Under the pieces are notes generated by a model. It was not told the DNA's origin. It ran no database searches and saw only the letters and a program-made list of their open reading frames with translations. A stretch of 62,220 bases of DNA, counting the filler, from an uncultured bacterium (GTDB lineage Bacteria; CAYSBA01), in the NCBI GenBank assembly GCA_964429075.1. It is 9 parts of 9 records of this genome, joined end to end, with 100 filler letters (N's around TTAATTAATTAA, not from the genome) between each part and the next. Parts side by side here need not be neighbours in the genome. Positions count along the whole stretch, not along the records: positions 42,041 to 48,729 come from CAYSBA010000068.1; positions 48,830 to 55,485 come from CAYSBA010000069.1; positions 55,586 to 62,220 come from CAYSBA010000070.1; 6 more parts are not named here. One strand, 5' to 3'. A program made the position numbers and the translations under genes. Shown here piece by piece: positions 45,199 through 56,328 of this stretch. Position 1 is the first letter of the stretch. Each line of letters starts with the position of its first letter.

Positions 45199-46131
45199 AT
45201 GGAGCTTAAAGCAACAAGAGATGCCTATGGAAAAACCCTTATTGAGCTTGGCAGAGAAATACCTGAGCTGGTTGTGCTTGATGCAGATCTATCTTCTTCA
45301 ACAAGGACATCCTGGTTTGCCAGAGAGTTTCCGGATCGTTTTTTTCAGATGGGTATCAGCGAGGCAGATATGATAGGGACCGCATCGGGTCTGGCAGCAT
45401 CAGGGCTGATTCCCTTTGTAAGTACCTTTGCTATCTTTGCAACAGGCAGGGCATGGGAACAGATAAGGCAGTCTGTGGGGTATCCAAATTTTAATGTAAA
45501 AATTGTGGCTACCCACGGAGGAATAAGTGTAGGTGAGGATGGTGCCAGCCACCAGATGTGTGAAGATATCTCAATAATGAGAGCAATTCCAAACATGCGG
45601 GTCTTTGTGCCTGCAGATGCAACAGAGACAGCCTACATTGTAAGGCAGGCAGCATATATTAAAGGCCCTGTCTATATCAGGCTATCAAGACCAAAGACCC
45701 CTGTTATATTTGATGAGTCTTATGACTTTGACTTCAAACGTTGGCATATCCTGCAGGAAGGGCAGGATATCTGTATCTTTGCGTGTGGTACAATGGTTGC
45801 AAAGGCTATGAGTGTAAATAAGATCTTAAAAGAATATGGGATAGAATCTACGGTAGTAAACTCTTCAGTAATAAAACCGCCAGATTATGAGACTATACTG
45901 AATATAACTCAAAATAAAAAGCTTATAGTAACTATTGAAGAACACAGCATTGTCGGTGGGCTCGGTTCTGCTGTAGCAGAGGTTCTGGCCGAGAGAGGTA
46001 TGTCACCTCTGTTACGCCTCGGCGTTCCGGACACATTCGGCAGGTCAGGTGCTCCAGATGAGCTTTATAAATATTTTGGACTCGATGAAGATAGCATTAC
46101 TGAGATTATTTTGAAAAGACTTAAAGACTAA
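45199..46131 (+). CDS. transketolase, C-terminal subunit
   Basis: [47 protein letters not shown]. Confidence 0.95.
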   Translation: MELKATRDAYGKTLIELGREIPELVVLDADLSSSTRTSWFAREFPDRFFQMGISEADMIGTASGLAASGLIPFVSTFAIFATGRAWEQIRQSVGYPNFNVKIVATHGGISVGEDGASHQMCEDISIMRAIPNMRVFVPADATETAYIVRQAAYIKGPVYIRLSRPKTPVIFDESYDFDFKRWHILQEGQDICIFACGTMVAKAMSVNKILKEYGIESTVVNSSVIKPPDYETILNITQNKKLIVTIEEHSIVGGLGSAVAEVLAERGMSPLLRLGVPDTFGRSGAPDELYKYFGLDEDSITEIILKRLKD

Positions 46132-46148
46132 CATTTCAGGGGGCCTAT

Positions 46149-47174
46149 ATGTCAGGTGATATAAAGAAAGATGAGGCTAAAAGACGCAATTTAGATATTG
46201 CAATCAAACAGATCCAGAAGCAATATGGCAAAGGCGCCATTATGAGAATGGATGAGGAGGGTGATCTCTTCCCCGGTGTTTCTGTAATTCCAACAGGTTC
46301 ACTTTCGCTTGATATTGCAACCGGTATCTTTGGATATCCAAGAGGCAGAATTGTTGAGATATTTGGGCCTGAGTCTTCTGGCAAAACAACACTTGCTCTT
46401 CACGCCTTGGCTGAAGCACAGAAAATAGGTGGTATCTGTGCCTTTATTGATGCAGAGCACGCCCTTGATGTGACCTATGCTCGCAATGTAGGTGTCAATA
46501 CAGAAGAGCTTTTGATCTCTCAGCCAGATTATGGGGAGCAGGCACTGGAGATAGCCGATATGTTAGTCAAGAGTCAATCTGTAGACCTTGTTGTAATAGA
46601 TTCTGTTGCTGCCCTTGTACCTCGATCAGAACTTGAAGGGAACATGGGAGACCACCATGTGGGTCTTCAGGCAAGGTTGATGAGTCAGGCATTGAAGAAA
46701 TTGGTAGGATCGATAAGCAGATCAAACAGTATAGTTATATTTATAAACCAGATAAGGATGAAAATTGGCGTACTCTATGGTAGTCCTGAGACCACAACTG
46801 GCGGCAATGCGCTAAAGTTTTACTCAAGTATGAGGCTCGAAATAAGACGCACCATGGCAATAAAGCAGAATAATCAGACAGTAGGTCACAGGGTAAGGAT
46901 AAATATTGTAAAAAACAAACTTGCACCACCTTTTAAGCAGGCTGAACTCGACATAATGTATGGTAAAGGTATAAGCAGGGAGGGTGATCTTATAGATCTT
47001 GGTATAAACTACGGCCTTATAGAAAGGAGTGGTAGCTGGCTTTCTTTTGGAGATATAAAGCTCGGACAGGGCAAAGAAAATGCAAAACAACTTCTTTTAG
47101 ATAACCCTGAGCTGGCAAAGGAATTAGAAACAATGATCCTTGAGAAGGTTGGTAAAAAGAGGGGTGAAATCTAA
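46149..47174 (+). CDS. recA: recombinase A
   Basis: [63 protein letters not shown]. Confidence 0.98.
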   Translation: MSGDIKKDEAKRRNLDIAIKQIQKQYGKGAIMRMDEEGDLFPGVSVIPTGSLSLDIATGIFGYPRGRIVEIFGPESSGKTTLALHALAEAQKIGGICAFIDAEHALDVTYARNVGVNTEELLISQPDYGEQALEIADMLVKSQSVDLVVIDSVAALVPRSELEGNMGDHHVGLQARLMSQALKKLVGSISRSNSIVIFINQIRMKIGVLYGSPETTTGGNALKFYSSMRLEIRRTMAIKQNNQTVGHRVRINIVKNKLAPPFKQAELDIMYGKGISREGDLIDLGINYGLIERSGSWLSFGDIKLGQGKENAKQLLLDNPELAKELETMILEKVGKKRGEI

Positions 47175-47886
47175 CTGTGATAGATCGATCGTTTTACCTC
47201 CAATCCTCGATCTTTCTGGTGCAAAAAAGGCAGTAATAACTTTTCATCAATCTTTTCTTAAAGTTCTTCTAGATAAGGGTCAAAAAGCTATCATCCCCAG
47301 CTGGAATCTTGGAACCTTTTATGTTGATCGGCACAGGAAATGCTGTATTATTTACTCATCAGGTATTGGCGTTGCCCATTCAGGTGCAATTGTAGAGATC
47401 TGTATTGCCTCAGGAATAGAGGAGATATTGTTGTTTGGGAGCTGCGGATCAATAGATGATAGGTTGAATATTGGAGACATCCTGTTAATAAAAGATGCAA
47501 TAGTAGATGAAGGACTAAGCCCGGCCTACGGCGTAAAAGCAGGCTCTATTGTATCAGCAAATATGGATCTGTCGCCAATAAGGGAAATACTGAACTCACA
47601 GAAGATTCTATTTATAAGTACAAGGAGCTGGACCACCTCTTCACCTTTTATGGAGACCCATGCGAGGGTTATTTATTTTAAAAATTTAGGTGCACAGGTG
47701 GTTGAAATGGAGTGTTCTGGTCTGTTTTCAATATGTCAGAGGTATTCAAAAAAGGCTGCAGCATTGCTGGTTGTCTCAGATAGGGTTTTAAAAGATCGCT
47801 GGGAGACAGGGTTCAGCAGTAAGGTATACAAAAAGGGTATATCGCTGGCAGGATCGGTGATAAAGAAATGGCTGTCAGGTTCATAA
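47164..47886 (+). CDS. nucleoside phosphorylase (PNP/UDP family 1)
   Basis: GIG, FGSCGSI...[28 protein letters not shown]; likely GTG start at 47164. Confidence 0.8.
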   Translation: MKSNCDRSIVLPPILDLSGAKKAVITFHQSFLKVLLDKGQKAIIPSWNLGTFYVDRHRKCCIIYSSGIGVAHSGAIVEICIASGIEEILLFGSCGSIDDRLNIGDILLIKDAIVDEGLSPAYGVKAGSIVSANMDLSPIREILNSQKILFISTRSWTTSSPFMETHARVIYFKNLGAQVVEMECSGLFSICQRYSKKAAALLVVSDRVLKDRWETGFSSKVYKKGISLAGSVIKKWLSGS

Positions 47887-48602
47887 AGCTAAAAGATGCA
47901 ATAGTTTTGAGAGCTATAGAGAGGGGTGATTCTGACATAGCCATACATCTGATTGATAAAAAGGGTACAAAATTATACTGCGTTGCAAAGAATGCCAAAA
48001 AGAGTGTGAAAAGATATGGGAGCTCACTTGATGTCCTTGTTATATTCGATGGTGTTATGCGCATATCTGAAAGGGGTGCCTATCTCGAAGAGATATGGAA
48101 CGCAAAGGCAATACGATTTCACGATTACAGGGCCTCTTTGTGTGCTCTGTATGCTGTTGATCTAATCGATATTGTATTTAGAGAGAGACAGAGAGATATA
48201 CAGCTTAGAAGACTTTTATTAAAATTTATCGAATACCTCCACAAACATACACCAGATAGATTAACCCTCATTATTTTTGAACTTGTCACAGGTTCTATCT
48301 GCGGTTTCTGGTCTCGCAAGGCAATCTGCAGTAACTGTGGCAAAAAGGCAGAGTTATTTGATACAAGAAATAGTGAATTTGTGTGTAGATACTGCAAAAG
48401 AGATGATTCTTTCTACAGACCTTTAAGTAACACTATACAAAAATATATTGGAAGAGGTGGCTTTAAGGAGGCCTTAGAAAATCCATCTAATCTTTCAGAA
48501 ACAGACAAACAACTCCTAATAGATATCGCTGGATGTGTCCTCAGGAATATGCTTGGTTACATCCCTGCCAGAAGGTCATTCATTTTAGAGCTCGTGAAAT
48601 AA
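47868..48602 (+). CDS. recO: DNA repair protein RecO
   Basis: AIVLR...GDSD, G.....AKNAKKSVKRYG OB-fold; CSNC...CRYC Zn site. Confidence 0.8.
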   Translation: MAVRFIKLKDAIVLRAIERGDSDIAIHLIDKKGTKLYCVAKNAKKSVKRYGSSLDVLVIFDGVMRISERGAYLEEIWNAKAIRFHDYRASLCALYAVDLIDIVFRERQRDIQLRRLLLKFIEYLHKHTPDRLTLIIFELVTGSICGFWSRKAICSNCGKKAELFDTRNSEFVCRYCKRDDSFYRPLSNTIQKYIGRGGFKEALENPSNLSETDKQLLIDIAGCVLRNMLGYIPARRSFILELVK

Positions 48603-48729
48603 CCTCTTTGTATTTTTGTAAAAGGCCAGCTTAATCGGCAGAGGTCTTTGACATATTCTGCAATAGAATTATATTATTTTATAGTGATATACAGGATCAG
48701 GAAAAAGACACATGGCTGGATATTTATTG

Positions 48730-48829
48730 NNNNNNNNNNNNNNNNNNNNNNNNNNNNNNNNNNNNNNNNNNNNTTAATTAATTAANNNNNNNNNNNNNNN
48801 NNNNNNNNNNNNNNNNNNNNNNNNNNNNN
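48730..48829. other. artificial contig linker
   Basis: N44-TTAATTAATTAA-N44. Confidence 0.98.
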
Positions 48830-48857
48830 CTTCAGACCATAGCTTCTAAATATTGTC

Positions 48858-51800
48858 TCAGTCTTGATTGTCATGGGCACTGATTAGCGCATTAAAAGAT
48901 GTAGAGACGATATTTGTTTCTGTCTGGATATTCTCCTTATTAAACTTTGATATATGGGCATTAATGGTCCTGTCATTTAAGACTTTATGTACACCTCTAC
49001 TGACTTTCCCATAAAAAGACTCCAACTTACTCGGTTCAAAGTTTGCCCTGATCAGTCTGTCAGATATCTCTTTTTGCTTTAAAGGGTTTTTCCTGAAAAG
49101 ACTAAAGATTTTCCCCTTTGTAAATTTGACAACAGAGCTACTCAATATCTTGCTAAAAACAAATTGTGATGTCTTTTTAAAAAACATCTTTACATAGTGT
49201 ACCTTTTCGCCAAAATATTTTTTTATTCCAACCTCTCCTGCATAATCTATAGCTAACCCAACAACACTTGTTACAAGCTTCTCCTCACCTGCAAATGTAG
49301 CACCTACTACAAATCCCTTAACAAAGTGTAAACTCAAACGACCAAAACTGGCATTTGGATTATCAATATAGGCCTGATAGGCCTCAATTGTTCCATTTGC
49401 AATTCCAAAAACAACAATCTGCACATACCTACCATTGTCATCTTTATATCTTGTTGGATTGTGGTAGGAGTAGGTGTAGGGATCGCAGGAGAGAGGATTT
49501 TTAAGACATAGCGATGGATTAGTTTCAAGAAGTGGCTCAGGGCTAAGCCAGAGCCCAAGTCCCACAATAAGATATCTGTTTGTAGCATATAAAAGACCAC
49601 TGTTTTTATCATATCTATTCCCAACAAAACCAAATTCACCATCCTCTCCAAGAAAATCACCATAGGGACCATACTCCCTTTTCTCTATATTTCCATCATC
49701 ATGACTAACAAAAACAGGACTGTTAAGATAATCCAGGTGATAGTAACTTATCCTCTCATCACCATCATTGCTACAGCCATCCTTGCAGGTCATAAGGGAT
49801 AAAAGCATAATCAAGGATGTAAAATACTTTAAAGCAAAAACAGTCCCCTGTTCTCTTAAGATCAACATAAATAGTATTAGCAAACCACCAAGTATTATTG
49901 AAAAAATAAGCCAGAACAGGTCGTTATCAAATGTAATTCCAGAGGCCTTGATACAGTTATTGCGATCAGTACAGATTTTGTTGCTTTCAATTTTTGCAAC
50001 AAGCCTTTTCCCTGCATATATATACTTTGTAAGCCTGCCATTAATCAGAGAAGCATACCTATTTAGATAGATTATGGTCTTTCCATTAGTAATCTTTCTC
50101 CTCCTTTGACCATCAAATCCGTAGGACATCAAAACCCTGTTACCTTCGTTATCCTTTACATCAATAAGCCTGCCCAACATATTCCATCTGTAAATTTTTT
50201 CTCCAGCTTTATTTAGTCTGCCTGCACTATCCCATTTTAAATTTGATGAACCAATGCTTGATATCCTGTGAGTATTTTCTACATATTCAATGTTACCACT
50301 GTAAGCTAAAGATTTTTCACCATTTGCATCTATCCTTTTTAATCTGAATAGATCCTCAAACTCCCACTTTATGTTTTGATTTTCTCTTTGCCAGCCGATC
50401 AGCCTGTTCAGTGCATCGTAGTGAAATGTCTCCTGTGTTCCCTCATCTGTTATCCTTTTTATAAGGTTATCAACAATGTCATAACTGTATGTGATACCAT
50501 ATTTGTTGCCATTGCTACCCACATTAAGGGAGATGAGCCTGCCCTTTATATCATATCCTCTTTTTTCCTCTATTTGGCCATCGTCATAAAGGGCATCTTC
50601 AACAAAACCAAGTCTGTTTATGCTGTATGCAACAACTCCATCTATTGCAATTAAGCTGGAATTTTTGGAATAACGATATGTTATCGTTGTATCATCAGGA
50701 TAGACTACATCTTTTAATCTGCCGTGACGGTCAAAATCTGTCTTTATCAGGTAGTCCCCTGAATCTTTAATATGATGCAGTATCCTGTTTCTCCTCTTTC
50801 TTAGGTCATAACCGAACAAAACACATCTATTTTCGAGCTCTGTTTCTTCGATCACACAGGCAAGTTTTGCTGTTGTATTACCATCTTTTAAAGCAGCACC
50901 ACAGCCATCATAACTGTCGTAGATATAGCGGTACTCTATGTCACCATCTGCACCAAGATCTACAGATGTGACCCTTTCCAGTGAATCATAGCTAAACCGC
51001 ACAACCGATCCATCAAACCAGCTCCTTTCGATCGGTACTGAATAAATAGAGTATGTATTAACAATCTTTCCAGTATCGGGAGAGTCCACAACAAGGAGTC
51101 TGCCAAGCCCATCATAGAGATATTTTACAAAAAGATTGTCCGGCAGCTTCACCTTGACCGGTCTGTCCATTGGATCATAACTGTACTCAAAAACATATTT
51201 ATTTTTACCACTGTCGTATGTAATACTACTTATTCTACCAAGGCCGTCTTTTATTACTACTTTCGGAGTATTATAATGATCATTCGATCTTTCTGTATCA
51301 TCTGGGTCGTATATCAGACTCCTTTCACCATCAAACTCCCATATCCTGATGCCACCATCAGGCTCAATCTGCTGCATTAGCCTTGCTATTGAATCGTAGA
51401 AAAACTCTGTTTTTGGTATATCATCCTTGATAATCGGCTGATCAAGCGAAAGGATTGAATCCTGATCCAGTGTATCGGTGTAGAAAGGTTGATACACAAA
51501 TTTTTTCTTCCCATATATACCGTAGAATGTGGTATTGCTTACAAGGAGTCTTTGTTGTCCACTAATACCATCGGTTTCTGTATTTATAAGAGATTGTATC
51601 TTTCTTCCATAGCCATCAAAAAGATCGTATCTTGTTATTGCCTTTGATCTTTTGCCGTATTCTGGATTTATGTGGCTTATTAAAATAGAGACCGGACTTT
51701 TCAATATATACTCATACTGATAAGTGGGTTCATCTGAGCCATCGTCTGGGAAAAATTCTTTTTTCAGTCTGCCAAGTCCATCATACTCGTATCGATATAC

Positions 51801-54692
51801 ACCTCCATCTTCTGCAACAAATTCTGTAATCCTTCCAAGACCACGATCATACTCTGCAGTTATACTATAGGTCGTCCCTTCCTTTAGATGCCATACCTCC
51901 CTTGTTGGATAGGTCTTTGTTGAATCATAATCAATTGTTATCGTAAGATCTGTCTTTGTCTTTATTCCAGTTTTATTGCCATATTGATCATATTTGTATG
52001 CCCTTTGTAGGGTTTCGCTATTTTTATCAGATGGATCAATAAATACAGTCTTTCTCATCAAAAGCCCATCTTCTACTTCACCAAGATTTAGACCCACAAA
52101 GGGCTGTCCATCGTAGTAAAAACGCTCTACACTATACGGTACATAATCTCCATCATACACCCTTTTTTCAATTACAATTCCAAAAAGCCAGCTTTGTCGT
52201 GAGTTATAGTAATCAAATTCGGTTATCCTTTCATCACCAGATTCTTCTACAAAACCCTCTTCTTCTATCCTTGTTTTGTTTGCAAACTCATCGTAAGTTA
52301 TGGTTGTCTTTGATGTTACCGAACTGGCATCTTCTCTGAATAGAGTCTGTCGGACCCCTTTGACCACTCCAAAACTGCCGAGATCATTTTTAACCACATC
52401 TGCTTCATATACCTTCTGTACTATTGCATTTTGATCTTCATCTGTAAATAAATCCTTCTCTACCATACCAGAAAGGACCCTATCATACTCTGGAGGCTGA
52501 TAAAAATTGATAATCTCAACCAGTCCAGCGTCGTTAGAATCGCCATCTATTCTCTTTTTAACAAATCTGAAACCATAGAACCTTCTTGTAGTGCCATCGT
52601 ATATGCCGTCTCTATAATCAAAGTCTTTTTGTATAAAAAGTGACATACTGTCGGTCTCTGTGATTGATGTTACAACCCATTTATTTACAGGGGTGTTAAA
52701 GTCCCACGGAGAACCAACCCTTTTTGCCTCTTTGGACAGGATTGCTGTGGTACTGTATTCTACTGTTCTTATAAGACCTCTTCCATTGTTTATACTCCTG
52801 AGAAGAAGGGCATAAGTTTCATCGCCATTACCGAAAAGCTCTATATAGGCAAACTTTTGACCATCCTGCACTACAATATCTTTTGTCCTGTTACCATCCA
52901 TATCAGCAAGACCTATATAGGTATCTTCTTCCCTCTGAGGCAGGTTTGAAATCCAGTACTCAAGGGGTCTCATACCATCTGGAGATAATAAATAAACTAC
53001 AGCGGTCGTATACTCATAGTGCAAAAGATCTGATATACCATCTTTATTTATATCTCCAACAATCCAGTCTTGAGGATCAAGATTCTGATCTAATCCAGAG
53101 ACCCTTTTATAATATTCAAAATGTCCCATACCCGTGGATAGCCATATATCAAAATACCCCCTTTGAAAGCTCAAAATATCAGATAGGCCATCTCCATTTA
53201 CATCAGCGAGTCTAATATTTCTTTGAGAGAACATAACTGTCTGATCCTGTGATACCGGTCCTGCCATAACAGGCTCTGAAAATCTACCATTACCAAGATT
53301 CTTGACAAAAAAGATACCATCATCTGAGGATATCAGGATGTCAGTTAATCCATCTCCATTCTGATCGCTGAATCTCACGTCTGGATCATTGATATCGATA
53401 GACAGACCGGGACTTATCTCAACAGATCTATCGAAAGAGGCACCATAATTTCCCCTCATATATTTTATATGATCACTGAATATGGTTATCAGGTCCGCTA
53501 TCGAATCTCCATCTATATCGCAAAAACTTGCATATGAATTACTCAGGGAGAAAGATGGAGATAGTTCGAATACCCTCTCCTGGTCAAAGGTATCATCACC
53601 GAGATTTATTCGATATCTCCAGTTACCTGCCTCGGTCTTTAAAAAGTCAGAAAGGCCATCTCCATCTATATCCATTAATGTATTGTCCTGATTGCTCAGA
53701 TATGAAGATGGTGCATTCTCCATGAAATGAACACTATAGCTCTCCTTTTGTGGTAGGTTTGAATAATAGTCAAATGAAAGCTCAGGGAGGTCTGTTCCAT
53801 CCGATGCAGTGATCTTTATGTTTGAAAGCTCCCTGTATAGACCCTCTTTATATCCAAAAGCATATCTATACAAAATTCTATCTCCCTGTTGTACAACGAT
53901 CTCTCTTAGACGTGCTTTGCATTCTGTGATAATACCGGATGTTGAGCTTACAATATCAATATCTGTTTCGGTATAGTTAAACGTGACTCGGTTAATAAGA
54001 TTCTGATCATAAAAGTTGTATTCTATATTTGATATATAGGGTCTTCGACCATGTTTTTCATATCTATAAATAATGGTGTTACCAAACCTATCTACAATCT
54101 TGTTTAAGTACCAGCTATAGGTACCATATTTACCCTCAAGAACAGAATCATTGCCTGCACCAAAATAGTAGATCAGGCGATTGTATTTAAGGGTCCAGGT
54201 ATCGCTGGCCTTATCGTAAACAAGCTGCATTGGATTGCCTGGATCCTGTTTTTCTGGATAGAATGTGTTGTCTGAGTCTTTAATTAGCTCTCTCGAGCCA
54301 CCCAGACCTATTAATTGAAATGGTCCTGAAAAGTTGGACTGCATAACCTCATCAGGAATACCTGCTCTTATACTCCACTTTATATAGGGGATATTTAGCG
54401 ACCATCCTGGTGCAATCTGTGTACACATGCCGTATGACGTAGAGTAGGTAACTGCAAGAGATGGTGTCAGGCCACCTGCTCCATCAGGGACCCTTACCGG
54501 TACACTGTATGTAAATGTGCCTGTAGATGGATTTGGATTGAAGCTGTCACCCATACCCTCGATACTTCCAGGACCCTTTGGTAGCTTTATAATCTGTGGT
54601 GAGATACCATCTTTTATAGGAGTAGCATATATTGAAAAAAAGATACTAAATACGCCAATTAGTACACCTACACAAAGGCCCCCTCTTTTCAT
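48858..54692 (-). CDS. SpvB/TcdB-like FG-GAP + YD/RHS-repeat protein with C-terminal variable domain (putative polymorphic toxin)
   Basis: Signal peptide; LPKGPGSIEGMG...TGTFTYSVPV.VP.G..GLTPSL (SpvB-like); DxDGDG FG-GAP repeats; YRDGIYDGTTRRFYGF (TcdB mid); many YD repeats; Rhs core YYHLDYLNSP...YGPYG...YSYHNPTRYKDDNG. Confidence 0.88.
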   Translation of the reverse strand: MKRGGLCVGVLIGVFSIFFSIYATPIKDGISPQIIKLPKGPGSIEGMGDSFNPNPSTGTFTYSVPVRVPDGAGGLTPSLAVTYSTSYGMCTQIAPGWSLNIPYIKWSIRAGIPDEVMQSNFSGPFQLIGLGGSRELIKDSDNTFYPEKQDPGNPMQLVYDKASDTWTLKYNRLIYYFGAGNDSVLEGKYGTYSWYLNKIVDRFGNTIIYRYEKHGRRPYISNIEYNFYDQNLINRVTFNYTETDIDIVSSTSGIITECKARLREIVVQQGDRILYRYAFGYKEGLYRELSNIKITASDGTDLPELSFDYYSNLPQKESYSVHFMENAPSSYLSNQDNTLMDIDGDGLSDFLKTEAGNWRYRINLGDDTFDQERVFELSPSFSLSNSYASFCDIDGDSIADLITIFSDHIKYMRGNYGASFDRSVEISPGLSIDINDPDVRFSDQNGDGLTDILISSDDGIFFVKNLGNGRFSEPVMAGPVSQDQTVMFSQRNIRLADVNGDGLSDILSFQRGYFDIWLSTGMGHFEYYKRVSGLDQNLDPQDWIVGDINKDGISDLLHYEYTTAVVYLLSPDGMRPLEYWISNLPQREEDTYIGLADMDGNRTKDIVVQDGQKFAYIELFGNGDETYALLLRSINNGRGLIRTVEYSTTAILSKEAKRVGSPWDFNTPVNKWVVTSITETDSMSLFIQKDFDYRDGIYDGTTRRFYGFRFVKKRIDGDSNDAGLVEIINFYQPPEYDRVLSGMVEKDLFTDEDQNAIVQKVYEADVVKNDLGSFGVVKGVRQTLFREDASSVTSKTTITYDEFANKTRIEEEGFVEESGDERITEFDYYNSRQSWLFGIVIEKRVYDGDYVPYSVERFYYDGQPFVGLNLGEVEDGLLMRKTVFIDPSDKNSETLQRAYKYDQYGNKTGIKTKTDLTITIDYDSTKTYPTREVWHLKEGTTYSITAEYDRGLGRITEFVAEDGGVYRYEYDGLGRLKKEFFPDDGSDEPTYQYEYILKSPVSILISHINPEYGKRSKAITRYDLFDGYGRKIQSLINTETDGISGQQRLLVSNTTFYGIYGKKKFVYQPFYTDTLDQDSILSLDQPIIKDDIPKTEFFYDSIARLMQQIEPDGGIRIWEFDGERSLIYDPDDTERSNDHYNTPKVVIKDGLGRISSITYDSGKNKYVFEYSYDPMDRPVKVKLPDNLFVKYLYDGLGRLLVVDSPDTGKIVNTYSIYSVPIERSWFDGSVVRFSYDSLERVTSVDLGADGDIEYRYIYDSYDGCGAALKDGNTTAKLACVIEETELENRCVLFGYDLRKRRNRILHHIKDSGDYLIKTDFDRHGRLKDVVYPDDTTITYRYSKNSSLIAIDGVVAYSINRLGFVEDALYDDGQIEEKRGYDIKGRLISLNVGSNGNKYGITYSYDIVDNLIKRITDEGTQETFHYDALNRLIGWQRENQNIKWEFEDLFRLKRIDANGEKSLAYSGNIEYVENTHRISSIGSSNLKWDSAGRLNKAGEKIYRWNMLGRLIDVKDNEGNRVLMSYGFDGQRRRKITNGKTIIYLNRYASLINGRLTKYIYAGKRLVAKIESNKICTDRNNCIKASGITFDNDLFWLIFSIILGGLLILFMLILREQGTVFALKYFTSLIMLLSLMTCKDGCSNDGDERISYYHLDYLNSPVFVSHDDGNIEKREYGPYGDFLGEDGEFGFVGNRYDKNSGLLYATNRYLIVGLGLWLSPEPLLETNPSLCLKNPLSCDPYTYSYHNPTRYKDDNGRYVQIVVFGIANGTIEAYQAYIDNPNASFGRLSLHFVKGFVVGATFAGEEKLVTSVVGLAIDYAGEVGIKKYFGEKVHYVKMFFKKTSQFVFSKILSSSVVKFTKGKIFSLFRKNPLKQKEISDRLIRANFEPSKLESFYGKVSRGVHKVLNDRTINAHISKFNKENIQTETNIVSTSFNALISAHDNQD

Positions 54693-54705
54693 TTTTACCT
54701 CTTGA

Positions 54706-55485
54706 TTATATCCTATCTGGACCTAAAAAGAACAGCTCAAAATTGTTCTGATCATCCGATACAAGAACCACTCCAAGAACCTCTCCCATGTTACCTGAAG
54801 ATATTTCAATACCTCGTATATTCTCAGCGGTCCATGAACCAGGGAAAATAATCTCTTTTGTTTTTCTGCCCCAATTATTATGTATAATATCTCCTACCAT
54901 CATTGTTAATTTGTATTCACCATTTACATATCTATCGAAGAGAAGATGCAGTCTGTTCATCGGATCAACAGTCATATCTANNNNNNNNNNAGATTAAGAC
55001 CTGTTGGCTGTCTATAATCTCTTTCATCCATAATCTGAGGACCTGGATCACTATTATAAAAACTTTTTAAATATAGTCTCTCCTTTATCAGTAGAAATGG
55101 ACCTGAACCAGATGTGTATTTTAAAAAGTAACTGATGAATGTGCTTTCTGAATTATCTTTTCTCATTGAAAGTCCGTATATAAGATTTTCGTTTTGAGAA
55201 TCTTCATCTATCTTATTCCTCAACTCATTATTATCATCAGTCTTATATGAGGCAACAATCTTTAGATATTCAGAGGATGATTTTGTATATCGTGATATTT
55301 GTATGTTATTCATATTTGATTCAATTGGATCGATCGTATCGGTAGAGCCAAGTTGTTTGCTCACTAAAATATCACTCCAATCTGAGTCTTGGCTCTTTTT
55401 TACAACCTTTACCCAGTATTCCATATATAATACGGTCCATTTTTTGATATAGTTTTCATATTCATAGGCCAGATAGATCTGTTCT
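54706..55485 (-). CDS. hypothetical protein upstream of the Rhs gene (5' truncated, interrupted by a 10-N scaffold gap)
   Basis: Frame of ORF 54978-55424 is open to the contig end; ORF 54706-54975 continues on the other side of the gap at 54981-54990; probably one gene. Confidence 0.55.
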
Positions 55486-55585
55486 NNNNNNNNNNNNNNN
55501 NNNNNNNNNNNNNNNNNNNNNNNNNNNNNTTAATTAATTAANNNNNNNNNNNNNNNNNNNNNNNNNNNNNNNNNNNNNNNNNNNN
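55486..55585. other. artificial contig linker
   Basis: N44-TTAATTAATTAA-N44. Confidence 0.98.
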
Positions 55586-56328
55586 AACCTCTTTGACAAT
55601 CTCTCCTGTAACAATTTTAAATCTGGATCTGTTGGTGTTTCCTTTTTTGATGAAGTCTCTTTTCTTCTTCTTATTTCATCTTCAAGCCTACGCACAGACC
55701 ATCCACCTTTTAGACATTTTTCTGCAAGATTAACTATCTCTGACGGGTCTTCAGCGCCGAGTAATGCCCTGGCATGACCATAGCTCAGCAAATTATTTTT
55801 GATCATCTCCCTGACCCTCCATGGAAGACCAAGGAGTCTTAAATAGTTTGTAACCTGTGGCCTTGATATTCCGGTTTTCTTTGCAACTTCTGTGTGACTT
55901 AGACCAAATTCATTTACCAGTGTTGCCAGACCACTTGCTATCTCAAGGGGATTGAGGTCTTCTCTCTGGAGATTCTCAACAAGGGCTGAAAATAGAGACG
56001 TCTTATCATCCATCTGCATAATAATCGCGGGTATCTTTTTTAAACCAGCACGTGCAGATGCCCTGAGTCTTCTCTCACCCGCTATAAGTTCAAAATCATC
56101 TCCTTTTCTTTTTACAACAATTGGATTCAGCAGTCCTACTTCTTTTATTGATTTTGCAAGTGAATCTAACGTTTCGTCATCAAATTTTTCTCTTGGTTGC
56201 ACTCTCGATGGCTTCACTAAGTCTATATCTATCTTTGTAAGTTGAAAATCATCGTTTTCAGAGGGTAGTTTAACTCCATCTTTAAAGAGATATTCGAGTC
56301 CCCTACCCAACGACCTTTTTTTTGTCAT
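55586..56328 (-). CDS. parB: chromosome partition protein ParB/Spo0J (3' truncated)
   Basis: LGRGL, QPR..F, ELIAGERRLRA, LVENLQREDLNPLE, SRPQVTNYLRLL, GHARALL. Confidence 0.95.

Noticed and set aside
7076-55541. Recurring TTAATTAATTAA palindrome as a biological repeat
   Set aside because: Always centred in N runs at contig joins; it is a synthetic six-frame stop linker.
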